Sequence record: OP778609 | Strand: one strand, 5' to 3' | Length of the DNA stretch: 64,000 nucleotides | Source: Escherichia phage A73 | In this document: positions 46,793 through 56,373 of the stretch, in pieces | How positions within the stretch are numbered: the first letter of the stretch is position 1 | Layout of the letters: every line of letters starts with the position of its first letter | The notes under the pieces: model-generated | What the model saw: only the letters and a program-made list of their open reading frames with translations | The model's database searches: none | Told to the model about the DNA's origin: nothing | Translations under genes and position numbers: made by a program

Positions 46793-47054
46793 ACCACACT
46801 TCTACGAAAACCTTTTGGGAATCTTTGATGATCTTTGCCCCGACTCTTTCAATCCCCTTGAAGAAAGATTGTAAGATGTAATCATCTAACACGTTTACTC
46901 CATAAGCATCGTGGAGGGATTTTTCATCGTGAACATACACAACCATCTTACCATCATACGTAACTTGAATGCAAGGGTCATCTTCCCAAGTAATAGCCGG
47001 AGAATCCGGCTCAAGCTTTGCAATAACACCAATAGTCAATCGGTTGTCACTCAC
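46722..47054 (-). CDS. Hypothetical protein
   Basis: 110-aa ORF, start overlaps stop of the GHKL-like gene. Confidence 0.4.
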   Translation of the reverse strand: MSDNRLTIGVIAKLEPDSPAITWEDDPCIQVTYDGKMVVYVHDEKSLHDAYGVNVLDDYILQSFFKGIERVGAKIIKDSQKVFVEVWYDGCDPGYLSSKIKDIYGEDYEI

Positions 47055-48268
47055 TCTTTACCCCCTGCGATGCGTAACATTTGGATAGTTTTCTCCAGTT
47101 CTTTACGAGGTTTGGCAACTAAACGACGTTCGTGTCGCTTCAGGAAGCCTTCTAAGAACTCTAACGGTTTAAAGGATAACACTTCCTGTACTGATTCGTC
47201 AACAGCATACTCTTTCTGGACCATACGATAAACCGGATTTTTTACAGTTACAGGAGTATAACCCTTACTGATCGCCATTTGGGTAACAACACGCTTCTTG
47301 CCATCGGTCCATGAGTCATCGATCGGGAAAGAATCTTTACCGTATTTTTCAGAGAATAACTTAACTGCTGTTTTTGTCAAGTCATCCTGATCTTCTTGTG
47401 TTCGACTTTGACCCCAATAATAACCACCAGAGGTCTTAGCACGACGTTCCGAGAACAAAGCAAGGTCATCGTACTGCTCAAGAGCTAAACGCGCCAGAAG
47501 CTCGATATCGTCGCTTTCTGACAGCAGTCGGTTTGCTTCGTACTTAACTTCAAAAGTATTTGCACTATCACGATCACGGTCAAGGGTGAAAGCTTCTGGC
47601 TTGAAGTCGTAATCGAATTTAAAATTACCTGGAACACGAGTAACGAACAGTCCATTTACAAACAGGTTGCAGTCACCGCCTGTGATAGATCCATCCTCTT
47701 CTTCATTTTGGTATTCATCAGCCGCATTGTACAGCTTAGTATAAGCTTTGCCTCGATCATTCTGAATAACGACTGTACGTTCAGTTGTTGGTGCATAGTT
47801 ATCCATAATTTCTGACATAGCGTACTGAGGGATGTTTTCAATGATCACAGTTACAGTATTTGAATCACGGCCCGACAAAGCATTTTCATGGATATCTACA
47901 GCCAAAATGTTCTGTTCGTATGTGGTATCGTAAACCATATTTGGAATCCAAAGATCATTACCATTTTCGATAACGATATCTGCACCTTCACGAACAAGCA
48001 CTAAAAGACCTACTTTCAGACCTTCGCCAAACTTACCGATCTTACTGTCATCATCACGTTTGGTTGAAACACCCATCAAAAGGCCGGAGACAGGAACAAC
48101 GCCACCACGAGAGATGATTGTGATCTTGCCTTGATTACTGTCATCATTGCCAAAATAAATATTGAAATCTTCCGTATCGATAGCGTTTTGCATGAGTTCA
48201 CGAGCACCTTGCCACCATGACCAGTGGCTGACGTAATTTTCAGTGATGCTCAATTTAATCTGTTTCAT
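47051..48268 (-). CDS. GHKL-type ATPase-like protein (putative)
   Basis: 405 aa; N-box-like RELMQNAID (E24, N28, D31) and G2-box-like GKFGEGLKVG (78-87); G1 box not clear. Confidence 0.4.
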   Translation of the reverse strand: MKQIKLSITENYVSHWSWWQGARELMQNAIDTEDFNIYFGNDDSNQGKITIISRGGVVPVSGLLMGVSTKRDDDSKIGKFGEGLKVGLLVLVREGADIVIENGNDLWIPNMVYDTTYEQNILAVDIHENALSGRDSNTVTVIIENIPQYAMSEIMDNYAPTTERTVVIQNDRGKAYTKLYNAADEYQNEEEDGSITGGDCNLFVNGLFVTRVPGNFKFDYDFKPEAFTLDRDRDSANTFEVKYEANRLLSESDDIELLARLALEQYDDLALFSERRAKTSGGYYWGQSRTQEDQDDLTKTAVKLFSEKYGKDSFPIDDSWTDGKKRVVTQMAISKGYTPVTVKNPVYRMVQKEYAVDESVQEVLSFKPLEFLEGFLKRHERRLVAKPRKELEKTIQMLRIAGGKE

Positions 48269-48280
48269 TTATTTACCCTC

Positions 48281-48997
48281 TTATTTGTTGTATTGATAAA
48301 TTGCTTCAGCTAAACCCCGTGGAGTTAGTGACCGGATCATCTTAGTTCTTGCTGACTTACCTCCCAACTTATTCTGCTGATCTGACCAACCAGGTGCAAC
48401 AGGAACCGGAGAGGTTTTTGGAATTATAAACCCATTTCCTGTCCAAAGTCCAGTCTTTTTCGGATAAGCATCCCGTGGTTTAATGTATTGAGGAAAATAA
48501 GGGTTAACATCATTTACCGGAAGGTAACCACCATATTCCCAAGGGTTAAAATATACAGTAGGTTTTCGCCATTGTCCAGCTAAAACACTTACTGGGTTTT
48601 CAATCATATACGGACAATCGAAAACAAATTCAGCAAGCCAGGCTGCAATCTTCGCAGTTCTTACCGCCTTGATCTGGAAGAAAGGATCTTTTGCTTTCTT
48701 CGATGCAAAGTGACGAGAACCACTAACAGCCATATCGGTACATGGAGGGTAGGCAAGGATCAGGTCCGGCGCAGGCAATCCTAAGTTCTCTACATTCTCC
48801 ATCCATTCAATATCGATAAAGGCGTTAACGTAAGTGATGTTGGGATGAATTTCCTTTACGCCTTCATAATCCCCGTGATCAGCATCATCATAGTTGAAGC
48901 AGTAGCATTTGTGCCCTGCCTTCGCCCAGGGAAGAACATCAATCCCTGAGCCAGAAAAGAGACTCCAGATAATCTTTTTATTCATCGTAGCATCCAT
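48281..48997 (-). CDS. Compact C5-cytosine methyltransferase-like protein
   Basis: 238 aa; motif I-like SLFSGSG (12-18), motif IV-like YPPC (83-86), motif VI-like ENP (133-135), RSLTPRGLAEAI near C-terminus; very short region where a target-recognition domain would sit. Confidence 0.5.
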   Translation of the reverse strand: MDATMNKKIIWSLFSGSGIDVLPWAKAGHKCYCFNYDDADHGDYEGVKEIHPNITYVNAFIDIEWMENVENLGLPAPDLILAYPPCTDMAVSGSRHFASKKAKDPFFQIKAVRTAKIAAWLAEFVFDCPYMIENPVSVLAGQWRKPTVYFNPWEYGGYLPVNDVNPYFPQYIKPRDAYPKKTGLWTGNGFIIPKTSPVPVAPGWSDQQNKLGGKSARTKMIRSLTPRGLAEAIYQYNK

Positions 48998-49290
48998 ATA
49001 GTGGTTAATTTACAAATACACCAGAAAATCCCGATCAGTGTAGCAAGAGCAATAACACAAGTCAATGCCATAGGTAAGAATATTGTCATAATCACTGCAA
49101 ATACTGAAATACCTACGCTTGCAATAAGATCCGGTACGAAATAGTGAAATGGTTCTCTGGCCTTTTTAACGTTGTCCCATGTTATCACTACGGAGGTAAT
49201 AGCGAGCCAGAATAAAAAGTACAAAGTGCAAGAAAATAAAGTCATATTTGACTTAATCATATCAAACCACATGTTGTAGAATTCAATCAT
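48982..49290 (-). CDS. Small 3-TM membrane protein
   Basis: 102 aa; begins MIE like the upstream neighbour; overlaps the MTase-like gene start. Confidence 0.45.
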   Translation of the reverse strand: MIEFYNMWFDMIKSNMTLFSCTLYFLFWLAITSVVITWDNVKKAREPFHYFVPDLIASVGISVFAVIMTIFLPMALTCVIALATLIGIFWCICKLTTIWMLR

Positions 49291-49610
49291 TCAGTTTTCC
49301 TCGGTACAGATGCAATAACAGCCTTTTCGACGAGACATACAATAAATCTCCCAATCCCTGCCAAAAGGAGAGCAAAGACTGTAAAAGGCAACCCATAAAT
49401 AAGAACTAGGGCCATCAATCCAAAACCAATGGCAAACAGGGTTTCTGTGCCTAGCCACATCTTAGAGTAATTGATATAATTATACCGCAATTTTAAAAAC
49501 AGTCCAGCAATAGAGCCTACAGAAAATATACCAATCAACCAAGGTGCGGTTACAAATGAACGACTGAACCCTTCCCAAAAAACAAAAACATTAATGATTG
49601 CTTCGATCAT
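49287..49610 (-). CDS. Small 3-TM membrane protein
   Basis: 107 aa; start-stop overlaps on both sides. Confidence 0.45.
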   Translation of the reverse strand: MIEAIINVFVFWEGFSRSFVTAPWLIGIFSVGSIAGLFLKLRYNYINYSKMWLGTETLFAIGFGLMALVLIYGLPFTVFALLLAGIGRFIVCLVEKAVIASVPRKTE

Positions 49611-49861
49611 AAACCATACCTCGCTTCATATAAGAATTCATCAAGATCTTTACTGTCGTCTGAACCTTCTACTGTCAGTGGCATTAGATGTTCTTTAAAA
49701 TAATAGCAAAGATTGCCGGAACTTGTTTCTACTAAACATGTTGTTTTGCAAACCATTTTAACCCTTACCGATAGTCCGGCATCTTCATGGCTGTGGACCA
49801 TTGCAAGGCAACCATCGTAAAGCTTATCCTCATAAGGTAAGCAAGGATCTGGATTTTTCAT
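49607..49861 (-). CDS. Hypothetical Cys-rich small protein
   Basis: 84-aa ORF. Confidence 0.35.
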   Translation of the reverse strand: MKNPDPCLPYEDKLYDGCLAMVHSHEDAGLSVRVKMVCKTTCLVETSSGNLCYYFKEHLMPLTVEGSDDSKDLDEFLYEARYGL

Positions 49862-50154
49862 TGGGAACTTTCCTCCTCTGCATGTTTACGTACCCAAGCT
49901 ACACGGGCCGGATTGAGGTGTTTCTTAGTGTCTTTATGATATGTATACCGGCCTTTATCAAAAGGGAACTCACAGCACAGTCCAGCGTCGGTAAACTGTT
50001 GTTGCATCTCTTCAGACAAATCAAAATTATAGTCCGGCCAATGGTCCAGTGAGTAACATAACCCCTTACGACGATTAAACGGATCGCGGTCAGGTGCGCC
50101 ATCGTCAAGCCACGCGGCATAGGCTTTATAGAATGCTTTAAGTTGCTCGCTCAT
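49858..50154 (-). CDS. Hypothetical protein, paralog family B (copy 2)
   Basis: 98 aa; MSEQLKAFYKAYAAWLDDGAP...GLCYSL...FTDAGL..EFPFD aligns with ORF 40146-40472. Confidence 0.45.
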   Translation of the reverse strand: MSEQLKAFYKAYAAWLDDGAPDRDPFNRRKGLCYSLDHWPDYNFDLSEEMQQQFTDAGLCCEFPFDKGRYTYHKDTKKHLNPARVAWVRKHAEEESSQ

Positions 50155-50550
50155 TTATTCCTCCTCTGCATATGCAATCTTAGTCATGTAGTCAATACAA
50201 TCATATTGAACATTGTGGCTATTAAAAACAGCCTTGCCTTTGTAAATAACTTCCCAATAATTAATACTTTCAATTTCGGAAAGGTAGGCAACACACTCCC
50301 CCTTCGGATTAATAAGTTCAACCTGCTCAGTTTCTCGTAATTTCCAACCAGTAGGCAACTGAACAACTTGTTCCTTAAAAATCATAATATTGTCACGGTA
50401 ACCCGTTGCCCTTTTAAATGCTCGGAGTAATTCTTTGTATTCACGATATTTCACATAAAGGCCGTCCTCTGATTTTTCCATACGGGCTTCATTGATATTG
50501 CAATTACCATCCATATCTCCAACCAGGTCGTAACGATATACAGGTTTCAT
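50155..50550 (-). CDS. Hypothetical protein
   Basis: 131-aa ORF. Confidence 0.4.
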   Translation of the reverse strand: MKPVYRYDLVGDMDGNCNINEARMEKSEDGLYVKYREYKELLRAFKRATGYRDNIMIFKEQVVQLPTGWKLRETEQVELINPKGECVAYLSEIESINYWEVIYKGKAVFNSHNVQYDCIDYMTKIAYAEEE

Positions 50551-50759
50551 TTTTTAACTTTCTCCTTTTTCTCAGGTTTTACATCGCAAACTTTTTGTTG
50601 ATAACTGATCGGTGTTACATAGCGCCACGTCTTTTTAAGGTTCTCAACGAGGATTCGCATTTGTTCCTCATCAGCACCCCAGCCTGCGGTATGTGCTATT
50701 TCATCAACACTCATCTGGCATTTAACGTACCATCTTGTAATTGTCTTCGATTGTATCAT
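50547..50759 (-). CDS. Hypothetical small protein
   Basis: 70-aa ORF, start-stop overlap. Confidence 0.35.
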   Translation of the reverse strand: MIQSKTITRWYVKCQMSVDEIAHTAGWGADEEQMRILVENLKKTWRYVTPISYQQKVCDVKPEKKEKVKK

Positions 50760-50786
50760 TATCGTTTCCTTGAGGTCAAGAGATTT

Positions 50787-51083
50787 TTATTTAATACCTA
50801 ATTCTTTTGCACTGTAAATATCATTACCTTCATAGCCTTTGTAGTAGATCAGGATATCTTTGACAATCTCTCCCGTCGGTCCGCTCCGGCGAGTACGTGG
50901 TCGCTGTGCATTGACCAAATAAACTTCACCACGAGTATTTATTTTTGTTGTACGATGGCCTTCGACAAAGGTCAAAGTTGTATATGCAGGAACCTTAACA
51001 AGAACTTCTACCTGGTCACCAGCAGTATTCTGTTGTTCATTTGCCATATCATCTTTAACAACAGTAGTCATAAGTTTGGTCAT
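50787..51083 (-). CDS. Hypothetical protein
   Basis: 98-aa ORF. Confidence 0.4.
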   Translation of the reverse strand: MTKLMTTVVKDDMANEQQNTAGDQVEVLVKVPAYTTLTFVEGHRTTKINTRGEVYLVNAQRPRTRRSGPTGEIVKDILIYYKGYEGNDIYSAKELGIK

Positions 51084-51085
51084 TT

Positions 51086-51349
51086 TTATTCTCCTTTGTT
51101 CAGTGTGGATACGAATTCGATATAAGATTCTGCATTTCGTTTATGATAAATCTTAGGGTAACTTTCGGTTACTTTGCTGTATTTGATGTATCGCTCAAAC
51201 ATACCGACGACACCACCAATGGAATGCACAACAACGCCCTCTTCACCAACAAAGGTAACAACCTCTACGAATGGAGTATTATCGTAAGAGCGATTTACAA
51301 TCAGGTCGCCAACTTCAAATTCGATTTTATCATTTTGTGAGTAGTACAT
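51086..51349 (-). CDS. Hypothetical protein
   Basis: Start set at MYYSQNDK behind AAGGAG RBS (ORF track 51409 runs into the promoter). Confidence 0.4.
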   Translation of the reverse strand: MYYSQNDKIEFEVGDLIVNRSYDNTPFVEVVTFVGEEGVVVHSIGGVVGMFERYIKYSKVTESYPKIYHKRNAESYIEFVSTLNKGE

Positions 51350-51380
51350 TTGTTTTCTCCTTTCTGTTTGGTATGGGAGA

Positions 51381-51409
51381 AGTATAGGGGAGTTTGATGA
51401 GGGTGTCAA
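51381..51409 (-). promoter_or_regulatory. Sigma70-like promoter
   Basis: On - strand TTGACA-N17-TATACT, ~32 nt upstream of the start at 51349 and just downstream of the helicase terminator. Confidence 0.55.
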
Positions 51410-51411
51410 TA

Positions 51412-51440
51412 GAAAAAACCGCCCGAAGGCGGTTTATTTT
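51412..51440 (-). terminator. Rho-independent terminator after primase-helicase
   Basis: AACCGCCcgaaGGCGGTT hairpin with A-run and T-run flanks (bidirectional in form). Confidence 0.7.
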
Positions 51441-51445
51441 TAGGA

Positions 51446-53491
51446 TCAGAAAGGTGCGTCGTCGTCCCAATCATCCGGCTCTGTGTCCGGCACATCAGGA
51501 ATATCACCTGTGGATTCAACGATACTTTGTTGTTCCCACGTAGGTTCTTCTGAAGGTTGTTCCATTTCTTCCATAACCTTCTTGATCTCTTCCTCTTGCT
51601 CACGCAGGAAGTTATCATCCGGCTCAGGAATATCTTCCTCTTTAATATCTGAACGAGTGAGATCACTGTTTTGTTCAGACAGAGGTTGAATCTCTGCTGC
51701 TTTAGGCTTAAAGTCTGGAGAACGATGATCATCTTCTGGATGAGCGGCATACCACTCACGAAGAGTTTCATAAGGACTCTCTAAGAAGCCCTCTGGCGGT
51801 TCCAGATAATCACCCGTGTCAATGTCATAGAACACAGGGAATTTACCAGCACGACCGTGTTTACGGTCATCCAGAATAACAAAGTAAGAAGTGTTACGTT
51901 GTTTCATCGGGAGTTCTGGATCTTTGTTACGTTCAATACCCCACATGTAATAAGTGTTACGCATCATTGCACGGCTACCAGCAAACTGCGCTGACTGGAC
52001 TTGACCACCAAATTCATGAGGCTTACCAGATTCAGGCTTGTTAAGGTGACAGAAGCAATAATAGGTAAAGCCAAGCTCTTTTGCCAGTTTGGAGATCTCA
52101 TCAGAGAATCGTTCCAGTTCCTGGTTAGCTTCGGAAGCACTCATACCTTGCACAAGACGAGTGATTGGGTCAATAAAGATATCTTCACAACCTTCTACGA
52201 TCACTGCGTGACGGATAGCACCTTTCAGTTCATCCCATACTGCACGACCATAGTTGTTATAATAGATAACACTATCACCAACTTCATCAGTAGCCTTGAT
52301 CAGTTCTTCTTGCTTAAAGTAGCCACGTTGACCTTCAAATACTTCATTACCCCAAATGTCACGGAAAGTTCCATCTTCTTGAGGAATCATTACCTTTTCT
52401 GCGTTAACAAAGTCTTTATGATAACGCTTACCTGCGATCTTTTTACAGGTAATTTCGTTCTCTTCTTCAAACTTAAACACCGCAGCCTTTGACTTCTCAA
52501 TGCCTGTAATGTGTTCTACCATCTGGTTAAGAAGTTCACTCTTACCCATCTTGACCCCAGCCCCGATAAAGTAACCTTCACCTGGGCGACGGCCTAAAGT
52601 AAGCTTGGTCATGGTAGGCCAAGGGAATTTCTTACCAAGTTTAGGGATCTCATGGGCTTTTTCACGGAACTGTGAATAAGTCGAGAAACCATCCGGCACA
52701 TATTCCTTTGGCTTCATTGCAGCCCAAAACAACTGATCAGAAAGTCCTTTGTTATACATGTCGCAAGGGTCCATATCTTCTGGAATGTCCACGACTTTCA
52801 TTTGTGGAATTACAGAGTATACCGCTGCAACTGCATCTTTACCTTTCATGATCCCTTTGGCCTTCTCTGCCTCTGTTGCACGGTCAGCGTCGAAAGCTAC
52901 GATAATCTCTTCAAACTTACTCAGAAGCTTATAGTTATTCTTCTGTGATAAGTTTTGCACGGCATTGGATGTACCGTTAGAGATTGATACTACGGTGAAG
53001 TTAGGTTTACGGGTGGAACCATCCTTCGGTTTGTACTTCTCTGTCAATACCTGCCACAAGATTGCAGCATCATATTCACCTTCAGTGATAAAGATCATAC
53101 GTTTGGAAGACTTATTTGCACCTTCCAGCCCAAACATATCACAAGCCACAGATTGGAAACCAATAGTTGTAAAGTGACCTTTCTGTTGCTTAGGGATCGT
53201 AAGATCACGCTTCTTAAAACCTACAACCTTACCTTCCAATGTGTACGGAAAATAATGTGCTTCTGGAGTCATACCGTCTTTAGCTGACAACTTGGTACGA
53301 ATACCAAATCGTTTAGCTGTCTTTTCGTCGATACCACGCTCAGGGATACTTTTACACGGATAAGTCAATACGTCTTCAACTGTTTCTTCCACACGAGACA
53401 CACCACCACCATAATTACGTGCTACTGAAGCTTTAGGATTTTTATGTCCAAACTTATAACCGCCAAACAGACTTTCGCCAATAGTGCTCAT
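51446..53491 (-). CDS. Primase-helicase (T7 gp4-like)
   Basis: 681 aa; TOPRIM-like FITEGEYDAAIL and AFDADRA, DnaB-type Walker A GAGVKMGKSELLNQM; acidic C-terminus ending DDWDDDAPF. Confidence 0.8.
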   Translation of the reverse strand: MSTIGESLFGGYKFGHKNPKASVARNYGGGVSRVEETVEDVLTYPCKSIPERGIDEKTAKRFGIRTKLSAKDGMTPEAHYFPYTLEGKVVGFKKRDLTIPKQQKGHFTTIGFQSVACDMFGLEGANKSSKRMIFITEGEYDAAILWQVLTEKYKPKDGSTRKPNFTVVSISNGTSNAVQNLSQKNNYKLLSKFEEIIVAFDADRATEAEKAKGIMKGKDAVAAVYSVIPQMKVVDIPEDMDPCDMYNKGLSDQLFWAAMKPKEYVPDGFSTYSQFREKAHEIPKLGKKFPWPTMTKLTLGRRPGEGYFIGAGVKMGKSELLNQMVEHITGIEKSKAAVFKFEEENEITCKKIAGKRYHKDFVNAEKVMIPQEDGTFRDIWGNEVFEGQRGYFKQEELIKATDEVGDSVIYYNNYGRAVWDELKGAIRHAVIVEGCEDIFIDPITRLVQGMSASEANQELERFSDEISKLAKELGFTYYCFCHLNKPESGKPHEFGGQVQSAQFAGSRAMMRNTYYMWGIERNKDPELPMKQRNTSYFVILDDRKHGRAGKFPVFYDIDTGDYLEPPEGFLESPYETLREWYAAHPEDDHRSPDFKPKAAEIQPLSEQNSDLTRSDIKEEDIPEPDDNFLREQEEEIKKVMEEMEQPSEEPTWEQQSIVESTGDIPDVPDTEPDDWDDDAPF

Positions 53492-53649
53492 TACTGCTCC
53501 TTGATCATTGTCGCCAAATAAATAGTGTTACCGTTTGAATTAATGCCTGCTGTTACAGGACCCATCAATTTATAACCATAATCGTAATGCTTCAGTATAT
53601 ATTTTTGAAGAGACAACAAATTTGTATACGATAGGATCTTAATGTCCAT
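53491..53649 (-). CDS. Small ORF coupled to primase-helicase (not in ORF track)
   Basis: 52 aa MDIKILSYTNLLSLQKYILKHYDYGYKLMGPVTAGINSNGNTIYLATMIKEQ; GGAGG RBS; start overlaps upstream stop (TGATG), stop overlaps helicase start (TAATG). Confidence 0.35.
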   Translation of the reverse strand: MDIKILSYTNLLSLQKYILKHYDYGYKLMGPVTAGINSNGNTIYLATMIKEQ

Positions 53650-53957
53650 CAAAAACCTCCAGTTTCTTCATCAAATGCCTGACTTACTTGTGCATCACGG
53701 ACACGTTCTTCAATACAACGATACACTACTTCATACGGGATATCAAGAGCAATTTCTTCACCATCTTCATAAACAGTGATTGAAAAAATATCTAAGTAAT
53801 CTTCGGCATCCCAATCCGACTCCGCATCTGGAATACCTTTGTACATAACAACCTCTGCTTCAACAACTACCTCTTTACCGATCGCTTTATGAAAATGTGT
53901 GAATTCGAAGTTTACTGTACGCATTTTATTTTCTCCTGATAATTTATATTTATTCAA
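53649..53957 (-). CDS. Hypothetical acidic protein
   Basis: 102-aa ORF. Confidence 0.4.
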   Translation of the reverse strand: MNKYKLSGENKMRTVNFEFTHFHKAIGKEVVVEAEVVMYKGIPDAESDWDAEDYLDIFSITVYEDGEEIALDIPYEVVYRCIEERVRDAQVSQAFDEETGGF

Positions 53958-53960
53958 TTC

Positions 53961-54152
53961 TTACTTTTTGGAAATGATATGCTCTTCACGAACCTGAAGC
54001 TTAGTGCCATCTGTCATCTCGACAAGGTAGGCATTGCAAAGAATGTATTCTTGCAGCATCAAGATCTTACCATCACCTTTCTTACCATACTTTTCGCCAA
54101 CCTGATCGAAGCTTACATCATCATTGATTGCGTATTTGAACACATTATTCAT
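53961..54152 (-). CDS. Hypothetical small protein
   Basis: 63-aa ORF. Confidence 0.3.
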   Translation of the reverse strand: MNNVFKYAINDDVSFDQVGEKYGKKGDGKILMLQEYILCNAYLVEMTDGTKLQVREEHIISKK

Positions 54153-54352
54153 GCGTATTCAACCTCACTAATCATTTCAAAACCATCATTTTGGATCAGT
54201 GTTTTAACAAAGCCGATATTACCCTCTTCTATGTTTCTATGCAACCACATATACCCTTCAGCACAGTAAAGATTAACACCGTAACCTAGTTTAGCTGCTC
54301 GTTCAAAATCACCACTTTCTTTCTTAACCAAACAACGAACCGTCTTTTTCAT
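54149..54352 (-). CDS. Hypothetical small protein
   Basis: 67-aa ORF, start-stop overlap. Confidence 0.3.
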   Translation of the reverse strand: MKKTVRCLVKKESGDFERAAKLGYGVNLYCAEGYMWLHRNIEEGNIGFVKTLIQNDGFEMISEVEYA

Positions 54353-54516
54353 CAGTCTTTCCCCTTATGATCAGGAACAACGTGTTTATTGATTACCTTA
54401 ACAAGACGTTCCCGTAATTGTTGTGTATGACCATACTTTGAAACAGTTTCCATAATCTCACCAATGTACTTATTGAACAGATGAGGTGGAATTTTTAACT
54501 TTTCAAGTTGGTCCAT
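54352..54516 (-). CDS. Hypothetical small protein
   Basis: Start set at MDQLEKLK behind GAGGA RBS, 1 nt after the upstream stop; ORF track extends to 54582. Confidence 0.3.
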   Translation of the reverse strand: MDQLEKLKIPPHLFNKYIGEIMETVSKYGHTQQLRERLVKVINKHVVPDHKGKD

Positions 54517-54517
54517 A

Positions 54518-54742
54518 TCAATCCTCAATAATTTCAAGCTTACCGTTAATAGTATACAGAGTTGTCGCCTTCTCTTCAACAACTTTTAACGCGTTAATGA
54601 CAGAATCATAAAACTCTTCAGATTCCTTAACTTCTTGTTTGCACTTCTTGATATGGTCGGCACTAATATCACGAAGACTCAACAGTTGTGCACGATTAAG
54701 TACAGACAAGTCTACAGAAAAATCATCAACTTTAAAACTCAT
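54518..54742 (-). CDS. Hypothetical small protein
   Basis: 74-aa ORF with AAGGAG RBS. Confidence 0.35.
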   Translation of the reverse strand: MSFKVDDFSVDLSVLNRAQLLSLRDISADHIKKCKQEVKESEEFYDSVINALKVVEEKATTLYTINGKLEIIED

Positions 54743-54789
54743 ATTTAATCTCCTTGTTTGTGTTCAGTTACTTTATCACTTTGAGAGAA

Positions 54790-54820
54790 AGATGCAACAA
54801 GATTATCGCATCTTTTTTAA
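54790..54820. terminator. Hairpin with T-run between helicase and downstream operon
   Basis: AGATGC-N12-GCATCT followed by tttttt on + strand; on the gene-bearing - strand the U-run is weak (uucucuc). Confidence 0.35.
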
Positions 54821-54824
54821 TTAT

Positions 54825-56183
54825 TTACTGGTTATTGAAAATACTCGGGAACTTCTCGTGATAGAAGTCTACAACATCCTGATCAACGATGATATCTTTT
54901 ACTCGCAGACGCTTCATCAGGCGAAGACCTTCTACGGATGTGGCACGAGATAGCATGACGTAGGCTTGCCCAGGTGTAAAAGTACCAAAACCAAGATCAA
55001 TATTTACTTTACCCAAGGTAAGACCCTGCGCTTTATGACCCGTGATTGCATAACCTAACTTAAATGGGTACTGGATATACTCACCGATAGATTTATCAAC
55101 AAGAACAGTTTTTTCAACCATCTTCTTGATCGTCTTTTTGGTTCCGTCCGGCATATCCACCTCTTCCTCTTCAAGCATCATCTTTTTCTCAGGTACTTGA
55201 GCAACGTTGTTCCATGTTGCAGGGCCTATTGGGACCATCTTGCCATCGATATCTACAACAACAAAGGTTTTTGCGATACGACGAACAATGCCGACTGTAC
55301 CGTTGACATAATCAGGCACTTTCTTCTTCTGATCATTGTCGTTAACAACAATCATTACTTTAAGACCTTCCTTGAGAAAGAGTTTTTCATTAACTGGACG
55401 TTCAACAAACTCACCAGTAATACGGGCATTAAATTCATGCTGTTCAGCATTAATCTTTGCGTACTCTTTGTTGTTAATCTCTTCTGCCAGCTTGTTTGTG
55501 GTAGTTAAAGTTACTGCCCCGTCAAGTGGACGACCAAAGCAACGCTGGTTAAAGAAGTTAACGGCATCAGGGATGTTTTTCCCGATACGAATATTGTTCA
55601 GGTGTTCTGCAAACACTGGATCACTTTGACGATGAACTTTAGGAAGATAAGCATAGGTCAGATTCAAAGATTCCCAAGTTTCACACCCAAAAGGAATTTC
55701 TTTCCCGTGCAGTTCACGGAACAAAGGAACTTCTTCTTTCTTAAGTACAGGCTTGATCTGGAAGCCGTCACCAAACATGATGATCTGGAGTCCACCAAAA
55801 GGCTTATCGGATTTACGATGGTGGCGAAGTTTCATATCGATTTCTTTCAGTTTGTCACTTCTAGTCATACCGATCTCATCGAACACGATACCATCGAGTG
55901 CATCAGATGCCATAAGCATAGCTGCCTTTTTAGATTTTGCTTTATAATCCTCGGAAGTTGTGACACCAAAGGTTAAACCAAACGCTTTATGGGTAGTAAC
56001 ACCACGGATGTTTAATGATGCCACGCCTGTTGGACCAACAAACAGAAAACTATCAGCAAAGAAGTCACGCAGTGCTGCGATCATCATACTTTTACCACTA
56101 CCACCAGGTCCGGTGATAAAAACGTTTTCCCCATTCATGATTGCTTGCATTGCCGCTTCGTTACCGATCACTGTCTTAGTCAT
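54825..56183 (-). CDS. SF1 DNA helicase (Dda/RecD/PIF1-like)
   Basis: 452 aa; Walker A ITGPGGSGKS, Walker B VFDEIGM, motif V-like AYAITGHKAQGLT, motif VI-like YVMLSRATS. Confidence 0.8.
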   Translation of the reverse strand: MTKTVIGNEAAMQAIMNGENVFITGPGGSGKSMMIAALRDFFADSFLFVGPTGVASLNIRGVTTHKAFGLTFGVTTSEDYKAKSKKAAMLMASDALDGIVFDEIGMTRSDKLKEIDMKLRHHRKSDKPFGGLQIIMFGDGFQIKPVLKKEEVPLFRELHGKEIPFGCETWESLNLTYAYLPKVHRQSDPVFAEHLNNIRIGKNIPDAVNFFNQRCFGRPLDGAVTLTTTNKLAEEINNKEYAKINAEQHEFNARITGEFVERPVNEKLFLKEGLKVMIVVNDNDQKKKVPDYVNGTVGIVRRIAKTFVVVDIDGKMVPIGPATWNNVAQVPEKKMMLEEEEVDMPDGTKKTIKKMVEKTVLVDKSIGEYIQYPFKLGYAITGHKAQGLTLGKVNIDLGFGTFTPGQAYVMLSRATSVEGLRLMKRLRVKDIIVDQDVVDFYHEKFPSIFNNQ

Positions 56184-56373
56184 TATTTAGTTCCTCATAT
56201 TCGTATGGGTAGATTTGATACTCTTTGTTGTCTTTTAGTGCGACGGCTGTAACACTTTCAACGTAAAAATCATCATCATAGTGTATTTCCTCAATTACGA
56301 GAATATCACCTTTCTTTGGATGATCATCACGATCACTGAAATCATTTAATAGCTTTATTTTTACGTTTTTCAT
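56176..56373 (-). CDS. Hypothetical small protein
   Basis: 65-aa ORF overlapping helicase start. Confidence 0.3.
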   Translation of the reverse strand: MKNVKIKLLNDFSDRDDHPKKGDILVIEEIHYDDDFYVESVTAVALKDNKEYQIYPYEYEELNND

